This document shows positions 25,687-41,493 of a DNA stretch of 64,000 nucleotides, piece by piece; position 1 is the first letter of the stretch; each line of letters opens with the position of its first letter. The position numbers and the translations under genes are program-made. The notes beneath the pieces were generated by a model. It worked only from the letters and a program-made list of their open reading frames with translations, had not been told where the DNA came from and made no database searches. Origin of the DNA: Eledone cirrhosa (Eukaryota); contig OZ024763.1 of assembly GCA_964016885.1 (NCBI GenBank), forward strand, positions 16,864,001 through 16,928,000, written 5' to 3'.

Positions 25687-28600
25687 TAGTTAGACCACGG
25701 TCAATGTATCTCTATATATAGTTAGATTACAGTGGCTCTCTTTGTATCTATATAGTTAGACCACAGTCAATGTCACTCTATATAGTTAGACCACAGTCAA
25801 TGTCACTCTATATAGTTAGACCACAGTCAATGTCACTCTATATAGTTAGACCACAGTCAATGTCACTCTATATAGTTAGACCACAGTCAATATCTCTCTA
25901 TATAGTTAGACCACAGTCAATGTCACTCTATATAGTTAGACCACAGTCAATGTCACTCTATATAGTTAGACCACAGTCAATGTCTCTCTATATAGTTAGA
26001 CCACAGTCAATGTGTCTCTATATAGTTAGACCACAGTCAATGTCACTCTATATAGTTAGACCACAGTCAATGTCACCCTATATAGTTAGACCACAGTCAA
26101 TGTCACTCTATGTAGTTAGACGACAGTCAATGTCTCTCTATATAGTGAGACCACAGTCAATGTCACCCTATATAGTTAGACCACAGTCAATGTCACTCTA
26201 TATAGTTAGACCACAGTCAATGTCTCTCTATATAGTTAGACCACAGTCAATGTCTCTCTATATAGTTAGACCACTGTCAATGTCTCTATATAGTGAGACC
26301 ACAGTCAATGTCACTCTATGTAGTTAGACGACAGTCAATGTCTCTCTATATAGTTAGACCACAGTCAATGTCTCTCTATATAGTTAGACCACAGTCAATG
26401 TCTCTCTCTATAGTTAGACCACAGTCAATGTCACTCTATATAGTTAGACCACAGTCAATGTCACTCTATATAGTGAGACCACAGTCAATGTCACTCTATA
26501 TAGTTAGACCACAGTCAATGTCACTCTATATAGTTAGACCACAGTCAATGTCACTCTATATAGTTAGACCACAGTCAATGTCACTCTATATAGTGAGACC
26601 ACAGTCAATGTCACTCTATATAGTTAGACCACAGTCAATGTCACTCTATATAGTTAGACCACAGTCAATGTCACTCTATATAGTGAGACCACAGTCAATG
26701 TCACTCTATATAGTTAGACCACAGTCAATGTCACTCTATATAGTTAGACCACAGTCAATGTCACTCTATATAGTTAGACCACAGTCAATGTATGTCTCTC
26801 TATAGTTAGACGACAGTCAATGTCACTCTATATAGTGAGACCACAGTCAATGTCACTCTATATAGTTAGACCACAGTCAATGTCACTCTATATAGTTAGA
26901 CCACAGTCAATGTATGTCTCTCTATAGTTAGACGACAGTCAATGTCTCTCTCTATAGTTAGACCACAGTCAATGTCACTCTATATAGTTAGACCACAGTC
27001 AATGTATGTCTCTATATAGTTAGACCACAGTCAATGTCTCTCTATATAGTTAGACCACAGTCAATGTCTCTCTATATAGTTAGACCACAGTCAATGTCAC
27101 TCTATATAGTTAGACCACAGTCAATGCCACTCTATATAGTTAGACCACAGTCAATGTCACTCTATATAGTTAGACCACAGTCAATGTCACTCTATATAGT
27201 TAGACCACAGTCAATGTCTCTCTATATAGTTAGACCACAGTCAATGTCACTCTATATAGTTAAACCACAGTCAATGTCTCTCTATATAGTTAGACCACAG
27301 TCAATGCCACTCTATATAGTTAGACCACAGTCAATGTCACTCTATATAGTTAGACCACAGTCAATGTCACTCTATATAGTTAGACCACAGTCAATGTCAC
27401 TCTATATAGTTAGACCACAGTCAATGTCACTCTATATAGTTAGACCACAGTCAATGTCACTCTATATAGTTAGACCACAGTCAATGTCTCTCTATATAGT
27501 TAGACCACAGTCAATGTCACTCTATATAGTTAGACCACAGTCAATGTCACTCTATATAGTTAGACCACAGTCAATGTCACTCTATATAGTTAGACCACAG
27601 TCAATGTCACTCTATATAGTTAGACCACAGTCAATGTCACTCTATATAGTTAGACCACAGTTAATGTCACTCTATATAGTTAGACTACAGTCAATGTCAC
27701 TCTATATAGTTAGACCACAGTCAATGTCACTCTATATAGTTAGACCACAGTTAATGTCACTCTATATAGTTAGACTACAGTCAATGTCACTCTATATAGT
27801 TAGACCACAGTCAATGTCTCTATATAGTTAGACCACAGTCAATGTATGTCTCTATATAGTTAGACCACAGTCAATGTCACTCTATATAGTTAGACCACAG
27901 TCAATGTATGTCTCTATATAGTTAGACCACAGTCAATGTCTCTATATAGTTAGACCACAGTCAATGTATGTCTCTATATAGTTAGACCACAGTCAATGTC
28001 ACTCTATATAGTGAGACCACAGTCAATGTCACTCTATATAGTTAAACCACAGTCAATGTCTCTCTATATAGTTAGACCACAGTCAATGTCTCTATATAGT
28101 TAGACCACAGTCAATGTATGTCTCTCTATAGTTAGACCACAGTCAATGTCACTCTATATAGTTAGACCACAGTCAATGTCACTATATAGTTAGACCACAG
28201 TCAATGTCTCTCTATATAGTTAGACCACAGTCAATGTCACTCTATATAGTTAGACCACAGTCAATGTCACTCTATATAGTTAGACCACAGTCAATGTCAC
28301 TCTATATAGTTAGACCACAGTCAATGTCACTCTATATAGTTAGACCACAGTCAATGTCACTCTATATAGTTAGACCACAGTCAATGTCACTCTATATAGT
28401 TAGACCACAGTCAATGTCACTCTATATAGTGAGACCACAGTCAATGTCACTCTATATAGTTAAACCACAGTCAATGTCTCTCTATATAGTTAGACCACAG
28501 TCAATGTCTCTATATAGTTAAACCACAGTCAATGTCTCTCTATATAGTTAGACCACAGTCAATGTCACTCTATATAGTTAGACCACAGTCAATGTCACTC

Positions 28601-30470
28601 TATATAGTTAGACCACAGTCAATGTCACTCTATATAGTGAGACCACAGTCAATGTCACTCTATATAGTTAGACCACAGTCAATGTCTCTCTATGTAGTTA
28701 GACCACAGTCAATGTCTCTCTATGTAGTTAGACCACAGTCAATGTCTCTCTATATAGTTAGACCACAGTCAATGTCTCTCTATATAGTTAGACCACAGTC
28801 AATGTCACTCTATATAGTTAGACCACAGTCAATGTCTCTATATAGTTAGACCACAGTCAATGTCACTCTATATAGTTAGACCAGTCAATGTCACTCTATA
28901 TAGTTAGACCACAGTCAATGTCACTCTATATAGTTAGACCACAGTCAATGTCACTCTATATAGTTAGACCACAGTCAATGTCACTCTATATAGTTAGACC
29001 ACAGTCAATGTCACTCTATATAGTTAGACTACAGTCAATGTCACTCTATATAGTTAGACCACAGTCAATGTCACTCTATATAGTGAGACCACAGTCAATG
29101 TCACTCTATATAGTTAGACCAGTCAATGTCACTCTATATAGTTAGACCACAGTCAATGTCACTCTATATAGTTAGACCACAGTCAATGTATGTCTCTATA
29201 TAGTTAGACCACAGTCAATGTCACTCTCTATAGTGAGACCACAGTCAATGTCACTCTATATAGTTAGACCAGTCAATGTCACTCTATATAGTTAGACCAG
29301 TCAATGTCACTCTATATAGTTAGACCACAGTCAATGTCACTCTATATAGTTAGACCACAGTCAATGTCACTCTATATAGTTAGACCACAGTCAATGTATG
29401 TCTCTATATAGTTAGACCACAGTCAATGTCTCTATATAGTTAGACCACAGTCAATGTCACTCTATATAGTTAGACCACAGTCAATGTCACTCTATATAGT
29501 TAGACCACAGTCAATGTATGTCTCTATATAGTTAGACCACAGTCAATGCCACTCTATATAGTTAGACCACAGTCAATGTCTCTCTATATAGTTAGACCAC
29601 AGTCAATGTCTCTCTATGTAGTTAGACCACAGTCAATGTCTCTCTATGTAGTTAGACCACAGTCAATGTCACTCTATATAGTTAGACCACAGTCAATGTC
29701 ACTCTATATAGTTAGACCACAGTCAATGTCTCTATATAGTCAGACCACAGTCAATGTCACTCTATATAGTTAGACCACAGTCAATGTCACTCTATATAGT
29801 TAGACCACAGTCAATGTCACTCTATATAGTTAGACCACAGTCAATGTCTCTATATAGTCAGACCACAGTCAATGTCACTCTATATAGTTAGACCACAGTC
29901 AATGCCACTCTATATAGTTAGACCACAGTCAATGTCTCTCTATATAGTTAGACCACAGTCAATGTCTCTCTATGTAGTTAGACCACAGTCAATGTCTCTC
30001 TATGTAGTTAGACCACAGTCAATGTCACTCTATATAGTTAGACCACAGTCAATGTCACTCTATATAGTTAGACCACAGTCAATGTCTCTATATAGTCAGA
30101 CCACAGTCAATGTCACTCTATATAGTTAGACCACAGTCAATGTCACTCTATATAGTTAGACCACAGTCAATGTCACTCTATATAGTTAGACCACAGTCAA
30201 TGTCTCTATATAGTCAGACCACAGTCAATGTCACTCTATATAGTTAGACCACAGTCAATGCCACTCTATATAGTTAGACCACAGTCAATGTCTCTCTATA
30301 TAGTTAGACCACAGTCAATGTCTCTCTATGTAGTTAGACCACAGTCAATGTCTCTCTATATAGTTAGACCACAATCAATGTCACTCTATATAGTTAGACC
30401 ACAGTCAATATCTCTCTATATAGTTAGACCACAGTCAATGTCTCTCTATATAGTTAGACCACTGTCTCAT
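25686..30470. repeat. 30-bp tandem satellite (tatagttagaccacagtcaatgtcactcta), ~160 units, degenerate flank to ~31000
   Basis: Homogeneous units with 28- and 32-bp variants; no unique spacers. Confidence 0.97.
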
Positions 30471-31199
30471 ATATATATATATATATATTTAGACCAGTGT
30501 CTCTATATATATTTAGAACACAGTCAATGTCTCTGTATAGTTAGACAACAGCCTGTCTCCACACTTAGACCACAGTTGCTGTCTGTCTGTGTATTCTTAG
30601 TCTGCTGTCTGTCTATGTGTATACTTAGTCTGCTGTCTATCTATCTATACACTTAGATCACCTTGTCTATATATATTGTTAGTTCGCTCTGTCTGTACAC
30701 TTGGTCTTCTGCCTGTCTATCTATATATATATATATATAGTAAGACCACTGTCTGTCTCTATATATAGTTAGACCACTCTCTGTCTCTATACTTGGACCT
30801 CAGTCACTGCCTCTCTCTCTATATATAGTTAGACCACTATCTTCTCTCTACATTTAGACCTCAGTCACTGCCTCTCTCTATATATATAGTTAGACCACTC
30901 TCTGTCTCTACACTTAGACCACAGCCTGTCTCTATACTTAGACCACAGTCACTGCCTCTCTATATAGTTAGACCACTGTCTATCTGTATACTTAGGCAAC
31001 TGCCTGTCTGTCTGTCTATCTATATAGTTAGTTCTCCGTCTGTTCATACAGTTAGTCTCCAGTGTGTCTCGTCTGTTTGTCAATCAATCCATCTGTCTGC
31101 CTTTTTGTCTGTCTGTCTGTCCATTTGACTTTAGAGTCTATCCCAAGTAAGTATTTTCCTATATTCCTCAAAGAGAGATAGTGCTGTGTCAGTTAGATG

Positions 31200-31322
31200 A
31201 GCTGAGAGAGGATATAAGAGGAAGTAGATGTAGTGTGGGCAGGAGAGAAGACTGAGCTGGTATGGACATGTGATGCACATGGATGATGATTGCTGGGTGA
31301 AGAAGTGCCAATAAATGCCAGA
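31200..31322 (+). mobile_element. RTE LINE fragment
   Basis: IRGSRCSVGRRRLSWYGHVMHMDDDCWVKKC; similar to 46310-46410. Confidence 0.7.
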
Positions 31323-31879
31323 TGATATGTATATAATATATAAACGGAAAAAATGAAACAAAATTTGTTTACAAACACACCGAGCATTATAATAAATGTT
31401 CGGTAAATCCATACGTACATATATATATGTGTGCATGTATGTATATATATATATACATACTACTGTACGTCTGTATACATATATGTATGTACGTATACAT
31501 ACTTATATATAATATATACATTTCTATATTAAATATTTATACTCTGCTATGTATTGAGTACCTTACTTACTGTGGTTACCCCGCGATTGAACCTGGGATA
31601 AATATATATATATATAAATATATACACTTAACACCTCTCCAAGACAATGTCATTGGACCGAGATCTTTGGCGCTACACAGTTATACAGTAGACCCGCCTT
31701 GCCTAGTACAAAGCGAAACCTACAGTCAGTAGGCACCTCTAACAAAATACACCCCCGTCCCACCACCCCCACCCCATCCACACCACCCCTCTCAATGTAA
31801 AGTTATGTTGGTACAACAACATCCAGTCCGAAACAAATGAGGTCGAGTAGGTGTCACGACAAAAAAACACACAGTCCAC

Positions 31880-32099
31880 GCTGTAATGTGGCCGTGTAGG
31901 TAACACAGTAAAAACCACCCAGTTCACACTGTAAATGTGGTTGGTGTTAGGAAGGGCATCCAGCTGTAGAAAACCTGCCAGACAGTCCTATGCGAGCAAG
32001 ACAACCACTCTTGCCTCAAGTGGGAAAACTCCCGTCCAGACCCATGCAAGCGTGGAAGATGGACGTTAAACAATGATGATGATGATGATGATGATGATG

Positions 32100-32100
<1 letters not shown>
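31880..32100 (+). mobile_element. RTE-tailed non-autonomous element (second copy 38880-39082); associated family F segment at 31630-31750 and 39083-39205 (inverted)
   Basis: ggttggtgttaggaagggcatcc...cccatgcaagcgtggaagatggacgttaaac(gat)n. Confidence 0.65.
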
Positions 32101-32124
<24 letters not shown>

Positions 32125-32130
<6 letters not shown>

Positions 32131-32495
32131 AAGTTATATTTAAAATTGTTGGGTTACAACTAGTAAATATTTATAACTGATATAAAAGCACTCGACAAAT
32201 ATTTGGAGTATATTTACAATATTAAATAAATGGAAAACTATATTTATAAAACCATATTTATTTCATTATATATATTTCGGGGATATCATATTAACAATAT
32301 GCTATGCCTTCATCAGACAAAATACAATATAAACAGGTTGATGTTTATTACGGTATGTCGAATATATTTATCTATAAAACTGTTTATATTGTATTTTGTC
32401 TGATGAAGGCATAGCATATTGTTAATATGATATCCCCGAAATATATATAATGAAATAAATATGGTTTTATAAATATAGTTTTCCATTTATTTAAT

Positions 32496-32500
<5 letters not shown>
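32125..32500. mobile_element. Family H1 fold-back module with two intact hammerheads (32259-32324 minus; 32392-32457 plus)
   Basis: Arms ~32214-32336 and ~32377-32500 near-identical; tattttgt CTGATGA a ggcatagcatatt-gtt-aatatgatatcccc GAAA tatata TA atgaaata. Confidence 0.8.
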
Positions 32501-32533
<33 letters not shown>

Positions 32534-33070
32534 TTAGCTTTGCCTTTCATCCTTACTGGATCGATGAAATAAAGTACCAATAATGCACTGGGGTTGATTT
32601 CCCCTCCCCTGAAGCTGTTGGCTTTGTGTCTAAAATCAGAAACCGTTATGTTATATCCTAAAGATAATGTACGAGGTACACTCAAGAAGTTTTGAGGCTG
32701 TTTCTTTTCAAGCGCTTTTAACACTTTAGCAATTAAACTAGCTGGAACCGGCCAGAATTCTCTCACCTTTTCTGTTCAAACTGGCCGTAGCTGGCCACTC
32801 ATACTGATATTAAGGTATTGTTCTCAAAATAAATAACATCAAAATCTTATAGATTCAATATTATGAGAGATATGTATGTGAGGTAAAGACTTTACCGCAA
32901 AAATACAATAGTAAATATAGAGTAATGTAAATACTAAAGGGTCAGTTGACTTATGTCACTCTAACACATTCTTGATATCTAAACTATAATAAAGTAAGGA
33001 GCGCGGGACTGCGTACGGTTTATAATTTTTTATCCCGTTTGTAAAATAAGTTGGATTACTTTGAATAAAT

Positions 33071-33461
33071 AATTGTTTCTACTTTTGGCACAAGGCCAGC
33101 AATTACCCAGTACATTACTGGTACTTTATTTTATCGACCCCATAAGGATGAAAGGCAAAGTCAACCTCGGCGGGATTTGAACTCAGATCGTTAAGGGACG
33201 TAACTATGCTGGAAAGCATGGCGTCCGACCCTCTACCGATACTGCCAATCCACCGCCCTACTTTGAATAAATAATTGTTTCTACTTTTGGCACAAGGCCA
33301 GCAATTACCCAGTGTATTACTGGTACTTTATTTTATCGACCCCATAAGGATGAAAGGCAAAGTTAACCTCGGCGGGATTTGAACTCAGAATGGCAAGGGC
33401 CGTAACTCTATGCGTCAAAGCATGGCGTCCGACCCTCTACCGATACTGCCAATCCACTGGC
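33071..33461 (-). mobile_element. Two tandem SINE family A copies
   Basis: Each preceded by tactttgaataaataa. Confidence 0.85.
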
Positions 33462-33897
33462 CATCTACTAAATTTCATGGCTGTTGATTAAATATATTTT
33501 ATTTATTTAAAGATTCACTTCTTTAAAATTTTCAAATGTCAACACTTCCAGTGGCGATCGCTTAAATAAACATTAATTTTCCGTCACTAATTTTCTCCTA
33601 ATGCAGTTTATATATAATATCGTCTTTTTTAATGTATCATGGATTACGTTACTGATTACATAAGACAGTGTAATGCAGTCTTCATTCAATTTCTGTGTAT
33701 TATATATTGTCAATTACGATTTTATTAGATGTATCATATCTACATGTATATATACCTGCGTATAATATCAATATACACACTACACATGCTAGCAGAAAAC
33801 CACACAAAGGGGTGGTTTTTCTGCTAGTGGTTATAATAAGCTCTCATGTCAAATCTTTTTTTTTTTCCGGGTTGAAGATTCGGGCCACTACAACACT

Positions 33898-34125
33898 TTA
33901 ACCCTTTAGCATTTAAAACAGCCATATCCGGCCAGAATTCTCTCATCTCTTTCTGTTCAAATTGCCGTTAACTGACTGCTCATACTGATGTTAAGGTATT
34001 GTTCTCAAAATAAATAACATCAAAATCTCGTAGATTTGATATCATGTGAGATATTATGTGAGGTAAAGTCTTTACCATGAAAATATAATAGTAAATGTAG
34101 AATTATGTAAATGCTAAAGGGTTAA
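33898..34125. mobile_element. piggyBac-like MITE (family D), complete; another copy at 32718-32945
   Basis: TTAA|CCCTTTAGCATT...AATGCTAAAGGG|TTAA. Confidence 0.8.
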
Positions 34126-34550
34126 ACACTACCTGTCATACATGTCTGGTCACAACTGACTGGTGTCACAATGCAGTCTGAATGCGAGGACACCTTAGAG
34201 GCTTGATATACAATAGTAAAGTTTTGTGTCAAGCTTGACAAAAATGCTGCAGAAACCTATAAAATGATCGAAACTGCTTACAGACTAACTTTCATGAACC
34301 GAGTGACTGATTTACACTGGCACAAGGAAATGAAGGAGGATGTGACAAGTGCCCTAGACACCTTCAGTTTGGTGGGCTACAAGGAAGGCTTCGAGAGGTG
34401 GCTGGAGCACTACAACAAGTGGATTGAAGTTGAAAGATCTTACTTTGAGGCAGACTAGAGTTTTGTGTTGATCTAAGTTAAATAAATATCTCTCTGATAA
34501 AAGTCTCAAAACTCTGCAGTGTACCTCATAAACACACCATGGCTGAGTAG

Positions 34551-35401
34551 TTAACCCTTTAGCATTTACATTACTCTATATATACTATTGTATTTTCATG
34601 GTAAAGACTTTACCTCACATAATATCTCACATAACATTCACATTACTCTATATATACTATTGTATTTTCACAGTAAAGGCTTTACCTCACATAATATCTC
34701 ACATAACATTCACATTACTCTATATATACTATTATATTTTCATGGTAAAGGCTTTACCTCACATAAAATTCACATTACTCTATATATACTATTATATTTT
34801 CATGGTAAAGGCTTTACCTCACATAAAATTCACATTACTCTATATATACTATTATATTTTCATGGTAAAGGCTTTACCTCACATAATATCTCACATAACA
34901 TCCACATTACTCTATATATACTATTATATTTTCATGGTAAAGGCTTTACCTCACATAATATCTCACATAACATCCACATTACTCTATATATACTATTATA
35001 TTTTCATGGTAAAGGCTTTACCTCACATAATATCTCACATAACATCCACATTACTCTATATATACTATTATATTTTCATGGTAAAGGCTTTACCTCACAT
35101 AATATCTCACATAACATCCACATTACTCTATATATACTATTATATTTTCATGGTAAAGGCTTTACCTCACATAATATCTCACATAACATTCACATTACTC
35201 TATATATACTATTATATTTTCATGGTAAAGGCTTTACCTCACATAATATCTCACATAACATTGAATCTCTGAGATTTTGAAAGTATTTATTTTGAGAACA
35301 ATACCTTAACATCAGTTTGAGCGACCAGTTACAGCCAGTTTCAACGGGAAAAGGTAGAGAATTCTGGCCGGTTTTGGCCTGTTTGAACATTAAAGGGTTA
35401 A
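34551..35401. mobile_element. MITE D with internal 72-bp (and 60-bp) tandem expansion, ~10 units
   Basis: TTAA-CCCTTT TIRs at both ends; repeat unit is MITE subterminal sequence. Confidence 0.85.
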
Positions 35402-35497
35402 GAAGTTCACTTTGCAATCATTAGGACTCAGGTTCAATTCCACAGCCAGATGTCTTGGATCAACCCATGCCTTGTGTGTGACATTGGGTAGATGGAA

Positions 35498-36085
35498 AAT
35501 GATGATTATGATGATGATGATGAAGCTAATAATGGTGATGGTGGTGGTGGGGGATGATGATAATGATGATAGCAATAGTAGTGATGATGGTGAAGCAGGT
35601 GATGCTGATGATGATGACAATGATACTAGTGATTATAGTGTTGATAATGATAATGATGATGATGATGATGATGATAGTGATGATGATGGTGATGGTGATG
35701 ATGTTGATGATGGTGATGATAATGGTGATGGTATTGATAGTGACGATGGTGATGGTATTGATAGTGATGATGGTATTGATGGTGATGGTATTGATAGTGA
35801 CGATGGTGATGGTGATGATGGCATTGATAGTGACGATGGTGATGGTGATGGTGACGATGGTGATGATGGCATTGACAGTGACGATGGTGATGGTATTGAT
35901 AGTGATGATGGTATTGATGGTATTGATAGTGATGATGGTGATGATGATGATGGTATTGATAGTGATGATGGTGATGGTGATGGTATTCATGGTGGTGATG
36001 GTGATGGTATTCATGGTGATGATGTTGATGATGGTGATGGTATTGATGGTGATGATGATGGTGATGGTATTGATGGTGATGATGG
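35498..36085. repeat. (GAT/GGT)n trinucleotide tract
   Basis: Direct inspection. Confidence 0.9.
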
Positions 36086-36232
36086 CGATTTATTAGAAAA
36101 ATATTTCATGTGTTAAGGAAGTAATTGACTGTTGCTGAAAAGAAAGAAAGAAAGAATAAGAAAGAGAGAGAGAGAGAGAAAGAAAGAAAAGAAAGAGAGA
36201 GACAAAGAAAGAAAGAAAGAGAGAGAGGGGGA

Positions 36233-36267
<35 letters not shown>

Positions 36268-36344
36268 TCTCTCTATTTTTTTTATTCTAAAACATTTTCT
36301 GTCCTTTTTATCGACTTGGATTAATGCATAATAATTTATTGCCT

Positions 36345-38182
<1,838 letters not shown>

Positions 38183-38391
38183 CTTTGATTACTTCTACAG
38201 GTAATATTTATTAGAATGGTGTTGTGTATACATATATATATATATATATATATTTATGTTTGTTGGTTCACCACTGGATAGAACTGGTCATTTGGTGTGG
38301 TCAACCTCGATGTAATATTATGGAGAGCACTCAACGTAATGCAACTCACCCGTCTTCGTTTGTGTTGTTGGTGGTGCGAGTATGGAGTTAA

Positions 38392-38760
38392 TTATTATAA
38401 AATAACAGGAGGCTGGACTGGTGTAATTCCTTAAAAGGTTTATTATACTAAGAACATTTCAATGACCGGGTTCAGTATGAATCCGGTGACATCATCAGGT
38501 ATTCAAAATATAACAAAGGAATATAATAGACAAAATCCATGGGGCTGAAAAGCAGATACATTAGGGCGGCCGAACATTTAGCAGCTTCTAGCCTGGTCAG
38601 CCGCCCTCAACCATGGATTTTGTCTATTATATTCCTTTGTTATATTTCGAATACCTGATGATGTCACCGGATTCATACTGAACCCGGTCATTGAAATGTT
38701 CTTAGTATAATAAACCTTTAAGGAATTACACCAGTCCAGCCTCCTGTTATTTTATAATAT
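38392..38760. mobile_element. Family H2 fold-back module with two hammerheads (38445-38502 minus; 38651-38708 plus)
   Basis: Arms ~38392-38543 and ~38610-38760; atac CTGATGA t gtcaccggattcatactgaacccggtcatt GAAA tgttct TA gtat. Confidence 0.8.
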
Positions 38761-38784
38761 ATATATACACACATATATATATAT

Positions 38785-38834
<50 letters not shown>

Positions 38835-39575
38835 ATATATGTATATATATACATATACATATATCTAAAGTCTGTCTTAAGCCATGTGGTTGTGTAGGTA
38901 ACACGGTAAAAACCTCCCAGTCCACACTGTAAACATGGGTTGGTGTTAGGAAGGGCATCCAACCGTAGAAAACCCGCCAGACAGTCCTATACGAGCGAGA
39001 CAATCAATCTTGCCTCAAGTAGGAAAACTCCTGTCCAAACCCATGCAAGCGTGGAAGGTAGACGTTAAACGATGATGATGATGTATTTTGTTAGAGGTGC
39101 CTACTGACTGTAGTTTTCGCTGTGTACTTAGGTAAGGCGGGTCTTCTGTATTACTGTGTAGCGCCAAAGATCTCGGTCCAGTGACATTGTCTTGGAGAGG
39201 TGTAAGTGTGTGAGGTCTGAATTTATCAAGTCGTCCCAGGTTTTTCTGGGTCTGCCTACTCCGTGGCTTCCCAGAAAAAAAAAATATATATACGTACCCC
39301 TTGACCAGAATTGAGCCCAAGGCCAGGATCTCCACCATCTCTAGTACCTACTACTAGGCCACGGAGACAACTTTTTAAAAATTTACATGTACCCCTCGAC
39401 CATTTTAAAAGTTTACATCTACCCCTTGACCATATACATACATACATATATATATATGTATATACACACACATATATATATACACATATATATATATACA
39501 CATATATATCAGTTCCCGTCCCACCCTTGTAAGCAGGGAAAAGCGGACGTAAAATGAAATGATGATGATGATATA

Positions 39576-39606
<31 letters not shown>

Positions 39607-39980
39607 ATACAAAGCTGCTAGCAAAGTTTGAAAATTGAAAGAGAAATAGAAGCTTCACCATAACATTTGATTAAATAAATTAGTCTAATAACAGGGCATG
39701 TAAACCACTAAAGGGAAAAGGGCTGATACCCACCCTACTTCCATTCAGTGGGTTTCTATGTCCTGATATTAGACTAAACAGACACACACACATGTCCGCT
39801 CTATTTACAAAGGGATTTTTTTTTCTTTTCAGCATGATCCTGCTTTTGGTCACAGTCTTTCAAAAGATGGCCAACGGAACTTTCTATACCAATGCTGAAT
39901 TCCAAGAGATGGCGACCTGAACAGATCTGCTTTTTCTCAAAGTATAGCAATATATGTATATATATCATCATCATCATCGT

Positions 39981-40397
39981 TTAACCCTTTAGCATTCACA
40001 TTACTCTATATATACTATTATATTTCCACGGTAAATTGGCAGTGGATTGGTAGAGGGTCGGACGCCATGCTTTGACGTATAGAGTTATGTCCCTTGCCAT
40101 TCTGAGTTCAAATCCCGCCGAGGTTAACTTTGCCTTTCATCCTTACAGGGTCGATAAAATAAAGTACAAGTAATGCACTGGGTAATTGCTGGCCTTGTGC
40201 CAAAAGTAGAAACAATTATATTTCCACGGTAAAGTCTTTACCTCACATAATTAAGTTACATAATATCGAATCTATGAGATTTTGATATTATTTATTTTGA
40301 GAACAATACCTTAATATTAGTATGAGTAGCTACTTACAGCCAGTTTGAACAGAAAGAGGTAAGAGAATTCTGGCCGGTTTGAATGCTAAAGGGTTAA
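39981..40397. mobile_element. MITE D with SINE A insertion (40036-40216, +)
   Basis: TTAA/TIRs at both ends; SINE flanked by duplicated ttatatttccacggtaaa (TSD). Confidence 0.85.
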
Positions 40398-40474
40398 ACT
40401 CAGAGAGCAGAGAGTTGGAACGAATGCCATAAAGTATTCTATCTGACGTTCTAATGACTCCGCCATTTCATCAG

Positions 40475-40997
40475 CAATAACAACAATTATAACAGTAGTA
40501 ACAACAGCAACAGAAACTACAGAAACAACAACAACAATAAAAACACCACCAACAACAACACCAACAACAACACCACCACCACCACCAACAACAATAACAC
40601 CACCACCAACAACAACACCAACACCAACAACAACAACACCAACACCAACAACAACACCAACAACAACAACAACACCAACAACAACAACACCACCAACAAC
40701 AACACCACCACCAACAACAACACCACCACCAACAACACCACCAACAACACCACCACCACCACCAACACCACCAACAACAACAACACCACCACCACCAACA
40801 ACAACAACAACACCACCACCACCACCAACACCACCACCACCAACAACAACAACACCACCACCACCACCACCACCAACAACACCAACAACAACAACAACAA
40901 CACCACCACCACCACCACCGCCAACAACAACACCACCACCACCAACACCACCACCACCAACAACAACAACACCACCACCAACAACACCACCACCACC

Positions 40998-41029
<32 letters not shown>

Positions 41030-41462
41030 CAATACCTTATTAATTAACAGTTATTATGAAAAAATTAATAGCATTTGTGAGTTAATGAATCCATAAGAAG
41101 GAATTAATTAGAGTTGGAAGAAGATTTCAAGAATAGAAAAAAAACTCCACTGAGATACTAGAGTATTATCTACCTACAGATACTACTACTACTACTACTG
41201 CTACTACTACTACTACTACTGCTTTGCTGCTCATGCTACCACTACTACTACTACTACTGCTACTACTACTACTACTACTACAGATACTACTACTACTACT
41301 ACTACTACTACTGCTTTGCTGCTCATGCTACTACTACTACTACTACTACTGCTACTACTACTACTACTACAGATACTACTACTACTACTACTACTACTAC
41401 TGCTTTGCTGCTCATGCTACTACTACTACTACTACTACTGCTACTACTACTACTACTACAGA

Positions 41463-41493
<31 letters not shown>

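Larger units (their letters stand above)
32670..34530 (+). mobile_element. Internally deleted mariner element with nested insertions
   Basis: TIRs tacgaggtacactcaagaagttttgaggct / agtctcaaaactctgcagtgtacctcata; transposase remnants VKFCVKLDKNAAETYKMIETAY and FERWLEHYNKWIEVERSYFE at ~34200-34458. Confidence 0.7.

Noticed and set aside
25686-30470. CRISPR array or repeat protein (MSLYIVRPQS)n
   Set aside because: Contiguous 30-bp units with no unique spacers and no cas genes; frequent 28/32-bp units break the frame, so it is a satellite.
34264-34458. Functional mariner transposase
   Set aside because: Only N- and C-terminal remnants remain; the DDD catalytic region is deleted.
35412-36116. 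Asp/Gly-rich 234-aa ORF resembling an acidic biomineral protein
   Set aside because: It is a (GAT/GGT)n tract open in several frames, starts in repeat-derived sequence, and has no supporting gene structure.
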